Part shown: positions 18,008 through 27,830 of the stretch, piece by piece | Layout: every line of letters begins with the position of its first letter | How positions within the stretch are numbered: position 1 is the first letter of the stretch | Assembly: GCA_964510585.1 (NCBI GenBank) | Contig: CAZECW010000080.1 | Span: forward strand, 1-30,338 | Reading direction: 5' to 3' | DNA from: an uncultured archaeon | Lineage (GTDB): Archaea; Asgardarchaeota; Jordiarchaeia; Jordiarchaeales; Jordiarchaeaceae | DNA: 30,338 nt | Made by a program: the position numbers and the translations under genes | The notes under the pieces: model-generated | Told to the model about the DNA's origin: nothing | Seen by the model: only the letters and a program-made list of their open reading frames with translations | The model's database searches: none

Positions 18008-20200
18008 TTATGTTATTCCTGCGGCAAAATTTCTGGCTATTTCCTCGTATTTCTCCAGTTGCCCTCTAGGTAGAGGTTTAACCCTCTCTAAGGCTTTTTC
18101 GAAGTGTCTCTTTTTAATTGTATATTTTTTGAAGTCCTCGGTTTTTTCATCTATCTGGTTACTCATAATGTACTCTCTTATCGCTATCATAATAGTTTCA
18201 TTACAGACCGCGGCAAGATCTGCCCCAGTATAACCTTCCGTTCTCTCTGCCAATTCATTTAAGTCTACCTTTTTATCCAGAGGACTCTTAGCCGTGTGAA
18301 TTCTTAAAATCTCCTTTCTGGCCTCTTTATCCGGAACCGGAATATAAATTATGCGATCAAATCTGCCTGGACGCAGTAGCGCGGGGTCCACAATGTCGGG
18401 CCTGTTAGTTGCAGCTACAACAACTACATCGTGAAGTTCTTCCAATCCGTCCATCTCGGTGAGAATCTGACTTATCACCCTTTCAGAGACATGAGAATCA
18501 CCGTAACCAGCTCCACGAATTGGGGCGATTGCATCAATTTCATCAAAGAATATGATGCAAGGTGCAGACTGCCTAGCTTTCCTGAAAGTTTCCCTAACTG
18601 TTTTCTCGCTTTCACCAACATACTTGCTGAAAAACTCCGGTCCCTTGACTGAAATGAAGTTTGCTTGGCTCTCATTTGCCAAAGCCTTTACTAGCAGAGT
18701 CTTGCCAGTTCCGGGTGCACCATGGAGGAATATTCCCTTCGGAGGTTTGGCGCCCATATAATTGAAGAATTTACCGTATTTAAGTGGCCACTCAACAGTT
18801 TCTATTAATTCCTGTTTTGCCTCTTGGAGACCACCCACATCATCCCACCTCACATTTGGGACTTCTATTAGAACTTCCCTCATTGCTGAAGGTTCAATAT
18901 TTCTAAGAGCATTGGTAAAGTCCTGCATATTCACCTCTATTTTGTTGAGTACTTCCGCGGGTAGACTCTCTGTTTCTAAATCTATTTCGGGCAAAATTCT
19001 TCTAATAGCAAGCATTGCAGCCTCTTTACATAAAGCTTCAATGTCTGCCCCAACGAAACCGTGAGTATATTCTGCTAAGAACCTTATGTCCACATCGTCT
19101 GCAAGAGGCATCCCTCTTGTGTGTATTTGCAATATTTCCAGTCTCGCTTGCTTGTTGGGTATCCCAAACTCAATTTCTCTATCAAAACGCCCGCCACGCC
19201 TCAGAGCAGGGTCAAGAGCGTTAGGCCGGTTTGAAGCACCTATAACTACAAGTTCTCCTCTAGATTGTATTCCGTCCATTAGTGCTAGAAGCTGGGCAAC
19301 GACTCTCCGCTCCACTTCCCCAGTAACTTCCTCTCTTTTAGGAGCTATACTATCTAGTTCATCTATAAAAATTATGGCAGGAGCGTTCCTCTCTGCCTCT
19401 CGAAATATTTCTCTTAGTCTCCCCTCACTCTCTCCGTAGAATTTGCTCATAATTTCGGGACCACTTATAGAAATAAAGTAGGCCTCGGTCTCATTTGCCA
19501 CCGCTCTCGCCAGAAGAGTTTTTCCCGTTCCCGGCGGCCCATGCAGTAAGACGCCCTTTGGCGCGGAGATACCTAGCCTCTCAAATATCTCGGGGTGACG
19601 CAGAGGGAGTTCAATCATCTCGCGAACCCGCCTCACCTCCTCATGCAAACCACCAATATCTTCATATGCAACCTTACGCACCCTGCTATCTTTAATTTCT
19701 TTAACCGGTTTGGAAGTTATCTTAATCTCGGTTCCCTTATTTACTATTACCGCATCGCCCTTCGGCTTATATGATGCCACAACCAAGAGAATCTTTTTAC
19801 CCATCAAGGATAACTCTATATAATCCCCTGCAGTAAAGACCCGCCCATCAAGAATTTTTTTAAAATATTCTTCACCTTCAACTAAGCTGAGAGGTTCAGT
19901 GGGTGCCAGCTCAATTTTGGAGGCGGGACATGCTTCAATTCTTCTGATACTTGCCTTATCATCAATTCCTACACCAGCATTTTTTCGGGTTGCACTATCA
20001 ATTCTAATAATCTGAGTCCCCCTATCTTCGGGATAACCATACCAAGAAAGAGCTGCGGTTCTCCTTCTACCAACAATCTCCACAGTGTCTCCAGTTGTAA
20101 TGTTAAGTTTTTCGGCAATTGAGGGATCTATCCTAACGATTCCATGCCCTACATCCCGGGGCTTAGCTTCTGCTACACGGACAACCGCAGATCTCATCAA
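18008..20200 (-). CDS. cdc48: Cdc48/VCP family AAA+ ATPase
   Basis: N domain, YEDIGGL, two Walker A ([16 protein letters not shown]), two Walker B (IFIDELD, IFFDEID) and SRH motifs ([18 protein letters not shown]). Confidence 0.97.
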   Translation of the reverse strand: MMRSAVVRVAEAKPRDVGHGIVRIDPSIAEKLNITTGDTVEIVGRRRTAALSWYGYPEDRGTQIIRIDSATRKNAGVGIDDKASIRRIEACPASKIELAPTEPLSLVEGEEYFKKILDGRVFTAGDYIELSLMGKKILLVVASYKPKGDAVIVNKGTEIKITSKPVKEIKDSRVRKVAYEDIGGLHEEVRRVREMIELPLRHPEIFERLGISAPKGVLLHGPPGTGKTLLARAVANETEAYFISISGPEIMSKFYGESEGRLREIFREAERNAPAIIFIDELDSIAPKREEVTGEVERRVVAQLLALMDGIQSRGELVVIGASNRPNALDPALRRGGRFDREIEFGIPNKQARLEILQIHTRGMPLADDVDIRFLAEYTHGFVGADIEALCKEAAMLAIRRILPEIDLETESLPAEVLNKIEVNMQDFTNALRNIEPSAMREVLIEVPNVRWDDVGGLQEAKQELIETVEWPLKYGKFFNYMGAKPPKGIFLHGAPGTGKTLLVKALANESQANFISVKGPEFFSKYVGESEKTVRETFRKARQSAPCIIFFDEIDAIAPIRGAGYGDSHVSERVISQILTEMDGLEELHDVVVVAATNRPDIVDPALLRPGRFDRIIYIPVPDKEARKEILRIHTAKSPLDKKVDLNELAERTEGYTGADLAAVCNETIMIAIREYIMSNQIDEKTEDFKKYTIKKRHFEKALERVKPLPRGQLEKYEEIARNFAAGIT

Positions 20201-20321
20201 AAACCACCTCAGAACTTCAAAGTGCTCTTTATATTAAACAATTTTATGTGTACGTTGAATACTCTTCCACTTTAAACATTTTTCCTAAATATTAAAGCGT
20301 TTGATCAAGTATAACATATTT

Positions 20322-21260
20322 TTATTCGAATTCTATTGTTGCAGGAGGTTTAGACGTGATGTCATAGAGAACCCTTGAAACCCCTGGAATTTCTGAAACT
20401 ATACGGTTCCTCATTTTAAACAGCAGCTCCCAAGGAATTCTAGTAGGTTCAGCAGTCATGGCGTCTTTGGAATCCACCGCGCGAATAACTACAATGTTCC
20501 CATAAGCTCTCGTTCCCTCCTCAGTCATCCCTGTAGCCTTATCGTTGAGTAGAACCGCGAAAACTTGGAATGAAGGGAGATTTTTAGATTCTTCCTCAAC
20601 GATTTTTGTAGCTTTCCTGACCAACTCTACCTTCTCAGGGGTTACTTCACCAATCACTCGAATAGAGAGTCCTGGTCCTGGGAAAGGTTTACGATTAACA
20701 ATGCTATCGGGAAGGTTGAGTTCCTTAGCCACTTTTCGAACCTCTGGCTTATAGAGTTCCTTTAATGGCTCAATAATTTTGAGACCGAATTTTTCTAGAG
20801 GGTTTATTCCTATCTGTTCGAGCACGTTGTGCTGTGATTTCACACCTCTTACGGTTTCAACAACATCAGCGGCTATTGTTCCTTGGAGAAGAATTTTAAC
20901 GCCTAGTTCCCGGGCAATGTTGGCAAGAGCTTTATAGAATGTTTGCCGGAAGGCTTTTCTCTTTTCTTCGGGATCAGTTAGATTCTTCATGGCTTGGAGA
21001 AAGTTTTTCTTAACATCATAGAGCTTTGTTTCAATTCCCATATCTTTGAAGATTTTAGTTACCGCCTCTGGCTCTCCTTCACGCATCAATCCATCATCCA
21101 AGAAAACAACCGTTAATTTGTTCTTCAGAGCTTTAAAGCCGAGAACCGCAGTAACCGAACTGTCTACTCCACCCGAGACTGCCACTATAGCCTTTTCATC
21201 ACCTACCTCCTGCCTAATCCATTCCACCTTTTTGCTGATAAATTCCTTCGCATCAAACAT
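20322..21260 (-). CDS. guaAB: GMP synthase (glutamine-hydrolyzing) subunit B, ATP pyrophosphatase
   Basis: PP-loop VAVSGGVDSSV, DPEEKRK, LLQGTIAAD..KSQHNV, RKPFPGPGL and YDITSKPPATIEFE. ATG 21260 follows GGTGG. Confidence 0.96.
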   Translation of the reverse strand: MFDAKEFISKKVEWIRQEVGDEKAIVAVSGGVDSSVTAVLGFKALKNKLTVVFLDDGLMREGEPEAVTKIFKDMGIETKLYDVKKNFLQAMKNLTDPEEKRKAFRQTFYKALANIARELGVKILLQGTIAADVVETVRGVKSQHNVLEQIGINPLEKFGLKIIEPLKELYKPEVRKVAKELNLPDSIVNRKPFPGPGLSIRVIGEVTPEKVELVRKATKIVEEESKNLPSFQVFAVLLNDKATGMTEEGTRAYGNIVVIRAVDSKDAMTAEPTRIPWELLFKMRNRIVSEIPGVSRVLYDITSKPPATIEFE

Positions 21261-21403
21261 ACAATACCACCAAGCCAAAAATTTATGAAAAACGTACGTC
21301 TAATTCCAAAGGAATTAAGACGATAAAAACTATTACCAATACAACAATGCCTTCAGATAATTTTTGGTGAAGACTATGGATATGAGTCCTTCAAGTTGTC
21401 TTT

Positions 21404-21841
21404 TTATGTTTTCTCTATGTCAAAAATTTCATTATCGTCTAATTCCTTGATGTTTAAAGCTATTTCTTCCAGAGTTTTTTCCTTACTTTTTATGCTACTG
21501 TCAAGATTTTTAAGAAATTTGTTTTTACAGCGTATCACTATCTTCCCTCCTTCTCCAATAAATTCACCGCTTATTTCTGATGGAGATTCAACCACAGCCA
21601 ATTTTGTGTTACCTATAGTGCATCTAGTTGCTATCTGGATTCCATCTATAACACAGCTGCGTGGAGGCATTAATGCGGTTTTAACTTTGACACTGGATAT
21701 TTGTTTTAAAAACCTGTGTGCAGCTTTTGACATCCTGAGGCCCAATACAAGGAAGGGCCCAAGATGCCCATGAAAGTCAACTGCTCTTTTCAGAAGCTCA
21801 GAAGAAACCTCGTATGATTCAGTGTTTTTGTCCTTATTCAT
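21404..21841 (-). CDS. FmdE family protein (formylmethanofuran dehydrogenase subunit E-like)
   Basis: AVDFHGHLGPFLVLGLRM and SCVIDGIQIATRCTIGN motifs. Confidence 0.9.
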   Translation of the reverse strand: MNKDKNTESYEVSSELLKRAVDFHGHLGPFLVLGLRMSKAAHRFLKQISSVKVKTALMPPRSCVIDGIQIATRCTIGNTKLAVVESPSEISGEFIGEGGKIVIRCKNKFLKNLDSSIKSKEKTLEEIALNIKELDDNEIFDIEKT

Positions 21842-22025
21842 ATCTCAAAAACCCCTTTTATTATTTCGGCGGACATATACCCATTCTATACTCATTCATT
21901 ACAAATTTATAATTAAGTATATTCAAATCCTCAGTAACGAATTAGTAATTAGATATACAAAGAGTTATTAAACCAAACGGTATATTTCTCGAAATAATAA
22001 AAGTCAACGCTTGAAGGTTTTAAAA

Positions 22026-23039
22026 ATGAAGGCGTTCATAACTGCAGAATTTGACGAATATGGACTTAGTCTATTAAAAAGACACATGGATTACGCATAT
22101 GAAAGCTGGCGTGACACCAAGAAGATATACTATGATGAAAATGAGTTCATTAGGAAAATTAAGAGTAAGGAAGCGGATGTTCTTATTGTTGAAGCTGATT
22201 TCGTTACAAAAAAAGTGATAGAACAGTGTGAATTGAAAATAATTGCTTCGTGCAGAGACGACCCTTGGAATGTGGATATCAAGACTGCTACTGAAAAGGG
22301 AATTCCAGTTTTTTCCGCTCCCCACAGGAATACTGAGTCTGTCGCAGATTTGACAGTGGGACTCATGCTATGTGTGGCACGTAACATTATGAAGGCGGAT
22401 CGTCTTCTGAGAGCGGGAAAAATTATCTATAAAAGTGAAGCAGACCTTTTAACCTGCCACAACATACTTAAGGGAATGGAACTCGGAGGGAAAAAGATTG
22501 GAATAATAGGTTTGGGCGCCATAGGCTTTCAAGTAGCCAAAAGGCTGAGGTACGGTTTCGGCGCAGAAATCTTAGTCTTCGACCCCTATGTTGATGAGAA
22601 ACGCCTGAAAGAGGTTGAAGGTAAAAGGGTAGATCTGGAAACTCTTATGAGGGAGTCTGATATTGTAACCGTCCACACTAGAGTAACCCCTGAAACCACT
22701 GGTATGATTAAGAAAAAGCATTTCGAAATGATGAAAAAAACTGCATTCTTCATCAACACTGCACGCGCCGCCATAACAGAAGAAGATGCCCTATTTGAAG
22801 CCCTCAAGGACAAAAAAATAGCGGGAGCCGGCTTAGACGTCTTCATAAAAGACCCCATAGAATCAGGTGACCGTTTCCTGACCCTTGATAATGTTATCGC
22901 CACCCCCCACATAGGTGGAAACACAATTGACACTGTCAAGCGTCAATCAAAGATGATTTCAGAAGACATTGTTAATTACTTATCCGGAAAAGAACCTAAA
23001 TATATCCTTAACAAGGAGATCTTAAAAACAAAGAAGTGA
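22026..23039 (+). CDS. D-isomer-specific 2-hydroxyacid dehydrogenase family protein
   Basis: NVDIKTATEKGIPV..P.RN..SVAD, GIIGLGAIG, FFINTARA, GAGLDVF and TPHIGG. ATG 22026 chosen. Confidence 0.93.
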   Translation: MKAFITAEFDEYGLSLLKRHMDYAYESWRDTKKIYYDENEFIRKIKSKEADVLIVEADFVTKKVIEQCELKIIASCRDDPWNVDIKTATEKGIPVFSAPHRNTESVADLTVGLMLCVARNIMKADRLLRAGKIIYKSEADLLTCHNILKGMELGGKKIGIIGLGAIGFQVAKRLRYGFGAEILVFDPYVDEKRLKEVEGKRVDLETLMRESDIVTVHTRVTPETTGMIKKKHFEMMKKTAFFINTARAAITEEDALFEALKDKKIAGAGLDVFIKDPIESGDRFLTLDNVIATPHIGGNTIDTVKRQSKMISEDIVNYLSGKEPKYILNKEILKTKK

Positions 23040-23044
23040 AATGT

Positions 23045-24580
23045 ATGGGTGAAGAAAGTCTTATTGCCATAGATGTGGGAACTGGCTCTGTAAGATGCGC
23101 AATCTTTGACACAAAGGGAAATATCATATCATTCGCTCAAGAAGCTTGGGACTATGAAAGTCCACCTGAAACCTTTGGCATCGGAAAAGAGTTTAACTGC
23201 GATCAGCTCTGGGAAAGAATAATCCGCCTCATAAAAGAGGCTATGAGGCGGGGCAAAATTGATAAACAAAACGTTTTGGGTCTGAGTTCCACAAGCCAGA
23301 GGGAGGGAGTAATTTTCTTAGATAAGGAGGGAAGAGAACTCTATGGCGGGCCAAACATAGATATCAGAGGCATACTCGTAGAGGATAAAATCCAAAAACT
23401 GGTAAAACTGGAATTTCAAAAAATCACGGGACACTGGCCCCCATCCATGTTTGCTCCTGCACGTATGTTCTGGTTTAGGGAAAACAAACCGAACGTGTAC
23501 AAAAAGATTGCTCATATGCTAATGATTAACGACTGGGTTTTATATAAGCTATCAGGAGTGTACTCCTCAGAACCCACTAATGCCACAGAATCATTTTTAT
23601 TCGACATAAGAAACAGGACATGGTCACAAGAAATAATTGAGGGCTTTCAGATATCTCCAGATATCTTACCGGACGTTTATCCGTCTGGTACAGTGGTGGG
23701 TGAAATAACTGCGGAGGTAAGCGCCTTAACGGGACTGAAGAAGGGTACCCCAGTGGTTACTGGCGGGGCGGACACCCAGTGCGCTTTGGTGGCGGCTGGA
23801 GCTTTAGATGAGGGACAAATATGCACCATTGCGGGAACAACTACTCCAATCCAGATGACCATTTCCAAGCCCATAATTGACTCAGAGAGAAGAATCTGGA
23901 CTTGTTGCCACATAGTTCCGAAAATGTGGATTATAGAAAGTAATAGCGGTATAATGGGCAGAGTCCTGGAATGGTTTAAAAATTGGATATTAGACTTGGG
24001 AGTGGAAGAAGCTGTTAAGAATAGGTCTAAAATCTACGAGGCTTTTAACAAGTGGGCTTCTGAGGTGCTTCCGGGTGCTAATGGAGTGAGAGTGACTATG
24101 GGGCCCCAGATAATGGATTTCAGCGAGAAATTAAGTGTATCACCAACGGTTATCTTCGCTCCCTCCCTCTTGCTGGTTAGTGATGCCTTGTCGCTGAAAA
24201 ATATGATACGGGCGATTTTTGAAAATTTTGCTTTTGCAATAAGGGCGAATAGTGAGCAGATAACAGATGTTTCAAAGATTAAATTTGACAATATGAGGAT
24301 TACGGGAGGAGTTTCAAGAAACAAAACATTACTAAAAATTCTGGCAGACTGCCTTGGTGTACCAGTGAGAACACCCACGGTTAAGGAAGGCAGCTCCTTG
24401 GGTTGCGCAATGTGTGCGGCCGTGGGTACAGGCGTTTATAAGAACTTTAATGAAGCGGTAAAGTCCATGATAGTTTGGGATGAAACATTTAACCCCGACG
24501 ACACTACCCATAATCAATACGAGAATTATTACTCTGAATGGAAAAACCTATATTCAAAAATGTTAAATCTACAGAAATGA
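23045..24580 (+). CDS. FGGY family carbohydrate kinase, LsrK (AI-2 kinase)-like subgroup
   Basis: IAIDVGTGSVRCAIFD, SSTSQREGVIFLD..G..LYGGPNIDIRG, VVTGGADTQCA and ITGGVS. The N-terminal pattern recalls LsrK (SACSMREGIVLY..ANVDAR). Confidence 0.9.
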   Translation: MGEESLIAIDVGTGSVRCAIFDTKGNIISFAQEAWDYESPPETFGIGKEFNCDQLWERIIRLIKEAMRRGKIDKQNVLGLSSTSQREGVIFLDKEGRELYGGPNIDIRGILVEDKIQKLVKLEFQKITGHWPPSMFAPARMFWFRENKPNVYKKIAHMLMINDWVLYKLSGVYSSEPTNATESFLFDIRNRTWSQEIIEGFQISPDILPDVYPSGTVVGEITAEVSALTGLKKGTPVVTGGADTQCALVAAGALDEGQICTIAGTTTPIQMTISKPIIDSERRIWTCCHIVPKMWIIESNSGIMGRVLEWFKNWILDLGVEEAVKNRSKIYEAFNKWASEVLPGANGVRVTMGPQIMDFSEKLSVSPTVIFAPSLLLVSDALSLKNMIRAIFENFAFAIRANSEQITDVSKIKFDNMRITGGVSRNKTLLKILADCLGVPVRTPTVKEGSSLGCAMCAAVGTGVYKNFNEAVKSMIVWDETFNPDDTTHNQYENYYSEWKNLYSKMLNLQK

Positions 24581-24604
24581 AACATTTCTCCAGTGGTGTT
24601 ATCT

Positions 24605-25258
24605 ATGAGTGATGTAAAGCAGAAGCTGAGAGAAGAACTTGTAAGGTATGGAAGACTCATGCCTGAGAGAAACTTGGTTGTGGGCAAGTCGGGAAATCTC
24701 AGTGCACGAGTCCCTGGGGAAGATTTAGTTCTAATTACACCCAGCATGATTGAATATCAAGTATTAAAACCAGAAGATATACCTTTAGTAAATTTGGAGG
24801 GCGAGGTTTTAGAAGGTAAAACAGTGCCTTCAACAGAGAAAGTTATGCATTTGGCAGTCTATAAAGCGAGAAAGGATGTAGGTGCAGTCATCCATGCACA
24901 CCCCATATATGGCACAATTCTAGGAGTTGTGGGCAAGCCTCTACCCATCCTTATAGACGAAATGGCCATTAGGCTGGGGGGTCAGGTAGAGGTCGCCGAA
25001 TACAAGCTAGCTGGAACCCTCGAATTAGCACAAAGCGCAATAAAGGGACTTGGAAACAGGGCAGCAGTCTTCCTAGCAAACCATGGAACTCTATGTTGCG
25101 GAAAAGACCTCAAAGAAGCATTTCACGTAACAGAATTTCTAGAAAGAATGTCGCAAATATATGTTATCAGCCTACTACTCGGCAAGCCCAACCCTCTACC
25201 CGAGGAATCCATAAAGTTAGAAACCGAAATATATAAATTCCTACATAAAATAGAATGA
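24605..25258 (+). CDS. Class II aldolase/adducin family protein (fuculose-1-phosphate aldolase-like)
   Basis: SGNLSAR, LITPS, PSTEKVMHLAVY, VIHAHP and FLANHG metal-binding motifs. Confidence 0.93.
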   Translation: MSDVKQKLREELVRYGRLMPERNLVVGKSGNLSARVPGEDLVLITPSMIEYQVLKPEDIPLVNLEGEVLEGKTVPSTEKVMHLAVYKARKDVGAVIHAHPIYGTILGVVGKPLPILIDEMAIRLGGQVEVAEYKLAGTLELAQSAIKGLGNRAAVFLANHGTLCCGKDLKEAFHVTEFLERMSQIYVISLLLGKPNPLPEESIKLETEIYKFLHKIE

Positions 25259-25330
25259 AAAGCCATTGCAGCGACGCTGACAAGTTAAAAAACAAATAAA
25301 AATTTTTGTTCTTAATGCTAAAATAAATCT

Positions 25331-26599
25331 TCAAGATAGAAAATTGAGGGCAATAAGGGAATAAATTTTTGACATTATAACCATATCCTCTATGTCAACG
25401 TACTCGTTTGCTGAGTGGCTACTCTCATTTCCGGGGCCCAAAATGACGGTAGGTATACCCTTTAAACTTCTTATGTACCGCGCGTCGGTTGCCCCTGAGC
25501 CAATGATAGTGTTAACTTGTTGTGTTCCAGTTATTTCTGCGACACATTTTTTCACAAGTGAAACAAAGGGATGATCAGGATTCTCATAAGAAGGTAAAGC
25601 CACATCTTTGTCTAACCCTATCCCCCGGATACCCGAATCAGCCACAATTTTCTGAATCTCAGAGAAAACCTCTTCAGGATCTTGGCCTGGAAGCAGCCTG
25701 ATGTCCACCTTAGCCTCAGCATAATCGGGAACTACGTTGGTCTTCACGCCTCCCTTAATTACTCCAATGTTAACAGTCATTCTACTGAAAAGCTCCTTAT
25801 AATTTTCGACTGGAACTCCAGAAGTCTTAGCAATCCTCTCATAGTAGGGAACACTCTGCTCTATTATTTTTTGAACTACGGGCGGTGGCTGGACTTTTTT
25901 GTTTTCCAATTCTTTAATCATCAGTAGTAACTTAATGAGCTTCTCAATAGCATTTTCTCCCAAAAATGGAACACTAGCATGGGAAGCTCTTCCCAGTGCT
26001 GAAACATATAGGTCAAGTATTCCCTTCTCAGCAATACGCACCGCAAAACCCCAAACTCTGGAAGAGGTGCCCTCACCCACAATGCATGCGTCACCGGCAC
26101 TTATACCCTTCTCTACAAGATACTTTGTCCCATAATGTCCACCAGTTTCTTCGTCAGGAACAAAATCTAACTGAATTCCTCCCCTAACATCTGCATCAAT
26201 TTCAGAAAGGTAAGATGCTACAACTATGGCGACTGCCAAACCTGCCTTCATATCCGAAGCGCCCCTACCAAAAATCTTTCCATCGCGCACCACTCCCACA
26301 TAGGGATCGGTAGACCATAGTTCCCTTCTACCCGCCGGCACCACATCCATGTGTCCGTTCCACAAGAGCCTTTTTCCTTCTCCTTTATCAAGTCTGGCAG
26401 AAACACTGATCTTCCCCCTTTCGGGTTCATAAGTATTAACCCTAAAGCCCCTCTCTTTAAAATAATCTCGAATAAAGTAAGCTATGTCTGCAACGTTCGC
26501 TGGAGGATTCTCGCTTTTAAAACCTATCAATTCGCAACACAGTTTCACCATTTCATCCCGTTTATTTTCTATCCCTTTAAGAACCTTCTCAAAATTCAA
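25331..26599 (-). CDS. M20 family metallopeptidase/deacylase (ArgE/DapE-like)
   Basis: LWNGHMDVVP, GRGASDMKAG, PDEETGG, GEGT, GRASHAS, GATDARY and SHSANEYV. The likely start is TTG at 26599 after GGTGG; the track starts at 26650. Confidence 0.93.
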   Translation of the reverse strand: MNFEKVLKGIENKRDEMVKLCCELIGFKSENPPANVADIAYFIRDYFKERGFRVNTYEPERGKISVSARLDKGEGKRLLWNGHMDVVPAGRRELWSTDPYVGVVRDGKIFGRGASDMKAGLAVAIVVASYLSEIDADVRGGIQLDFVPDEETGGHYGTKYLVEKGISAGDACIVGEGTSSRVWGFAVRIAEKGILDLYVSALGRASHASVPFLGENAIEKLIKLLLMIKELENKKVQPPPVVQKIIEQSVPYYERIAKTSGVPVENYKELFSRMTVNIGVIKGGVKTNVVPDYAEAKVDIRLLPGQDPEEVFSEIQKIVADSGIRGIGLDKDVALPSYENPDHPFVSLVKKCVAEITGTQQVNTIIGSGATDARYIRSLKGIPTVILGPGNESSHSANEYVDIEDMVIMSKIYSLIALNFLS

Positions 26600-26887
26600 A
26601 GCAACCACCAATATAGATACAATCTCGTAATCTAGCAAAAAAACAATCACTAATAAAAGTGACTGTCAACACCCAACCTAAAGATTAAAAATACGTCCCA
26701 CCAACCGAAAAATTGCCTACCCTAAAAACTAGTTTTAGATGCCGCAAGAAAAGAGTAGTTTAATTTGAATATTTAAGAAAAAAGTTTGTCATATAAATAG
26801 ATAAAAAAGATAGTACCTGAGAAAAAGCGATTGCAAAATGGGGAAAACCAAAAAGCTAGCTTTGAAAGAGGGTTCATACCTCCTTAT

Positions 26888-27655
26888 TTACAAAATTATT
26901 TCCATACCGTCGAATGCTACGTGAAATTCGCCTTTATTTCTGATAAATTCGCATAAGTCATCGTGGGGCAGCGTCCTGTGCCCAATGTGTGTGAAAACTG
27001 TTTTTTTAACTTTGCAACTAGTTGCGAATCTAATCCCGTCCATGATGCTTATGTGTCCCCATCTACTTGTTCCTACGGGCAGGGGATGTTTAAGCGTTGA
27101 ACCGTCCAAAAACAGACAGTCTAACTCCTCAAAAAATTTTTTATCATCCTCCCTGACTAGGCTTCGAAAGTCTGGAAAATAACCTAAAACTTTTCGGTCC
27201 TTAATGACGAATCCCACGGTTGAAGCATTTTTTGAATGAACCACGGGCACCGGAGTAAACTTCAATCCACCCAAATCAAATGACTTGTAACTTTCGAAAA
27301 ACTCTTTTTTATAACCAGCGTTTGGAAAAATTTTCTTAAGAGCTATCCAAGTTTCTTCCAATCCATAAACAGGAACTCCCCTCATAGCCCTAAATTTTTT
27401 GGGAATAAGATCGTGTAAGCCTAATATGTGATCCGGATGGCTGTGAGTTAGCAAAATGGCAGTTATCTTTGAAATATTAAATCTAATAAGCTGGTGGTAA
27501 ATATCGGGCCCCGCATCAACAAGTATGGAATCATTAATAATAATAGCTGATCTCATTCTTTTGTCCTTCTCATTTATAGATGAACAGATTTTACAACCAC
27601 ATCCGAGTCGAGGAAGAGCCCAACCAGAACTAGAACCCAGCACTTTAATCTTCAT
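26888..27655 (-). CDS. MBL-fold metallo-hydrolase, PhnP-like
   Basis: VLGSSSG..LP..GCGC.IC, LVDAGPD, THSHPDHILG, YFPD, LDG, GHIS and THIGH motifs. Confidence 0.9.
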   Translation of the reverse strand: MKIKVLGSSSGWALPRLGCGCKICSSINEKDKRMRSAIIINDSILVDAGPDIYHQLIRFNISKITAILLTHSHPDHILGLHDLIPKKFRAMRGVPVYGLEETWIALKKIFPNAGYKKEFFESYKSFDLGGLKFTPVPVVHSKNASTVGFVIKDRKVLGYFPDFRSLVREDDKKFFEELDCLFLDGSTLKHPLPVGTSRWGHISIMDGIRFATSCKVKKTVFTHIGHRTLPHDDLCEFIRNKGEFHVAFDGMEIIL

Positions 27656-27830
27656 TTGACCCTTCACGACCTTAAATTGTTTGGCTTAAGCCAAGAAAAG
27701 TAACCCATAAACTTTCCAATTTATTAAAAAACTTACATAAAGTCTCTATATCTTAAAATACATCGTAGGTATTATAATTCTTTTATCCATAAATTGGAAG
27801 ATAGAAGATGTTGCTGGTTCAGGTGATTTT

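Noticed and set aside
20245-20270. Possible copy of the padR repeat motif upstream of cdc48
   Set aside because: Only about 10/16 identity in AT-rich DNA; not distinguishable from background.
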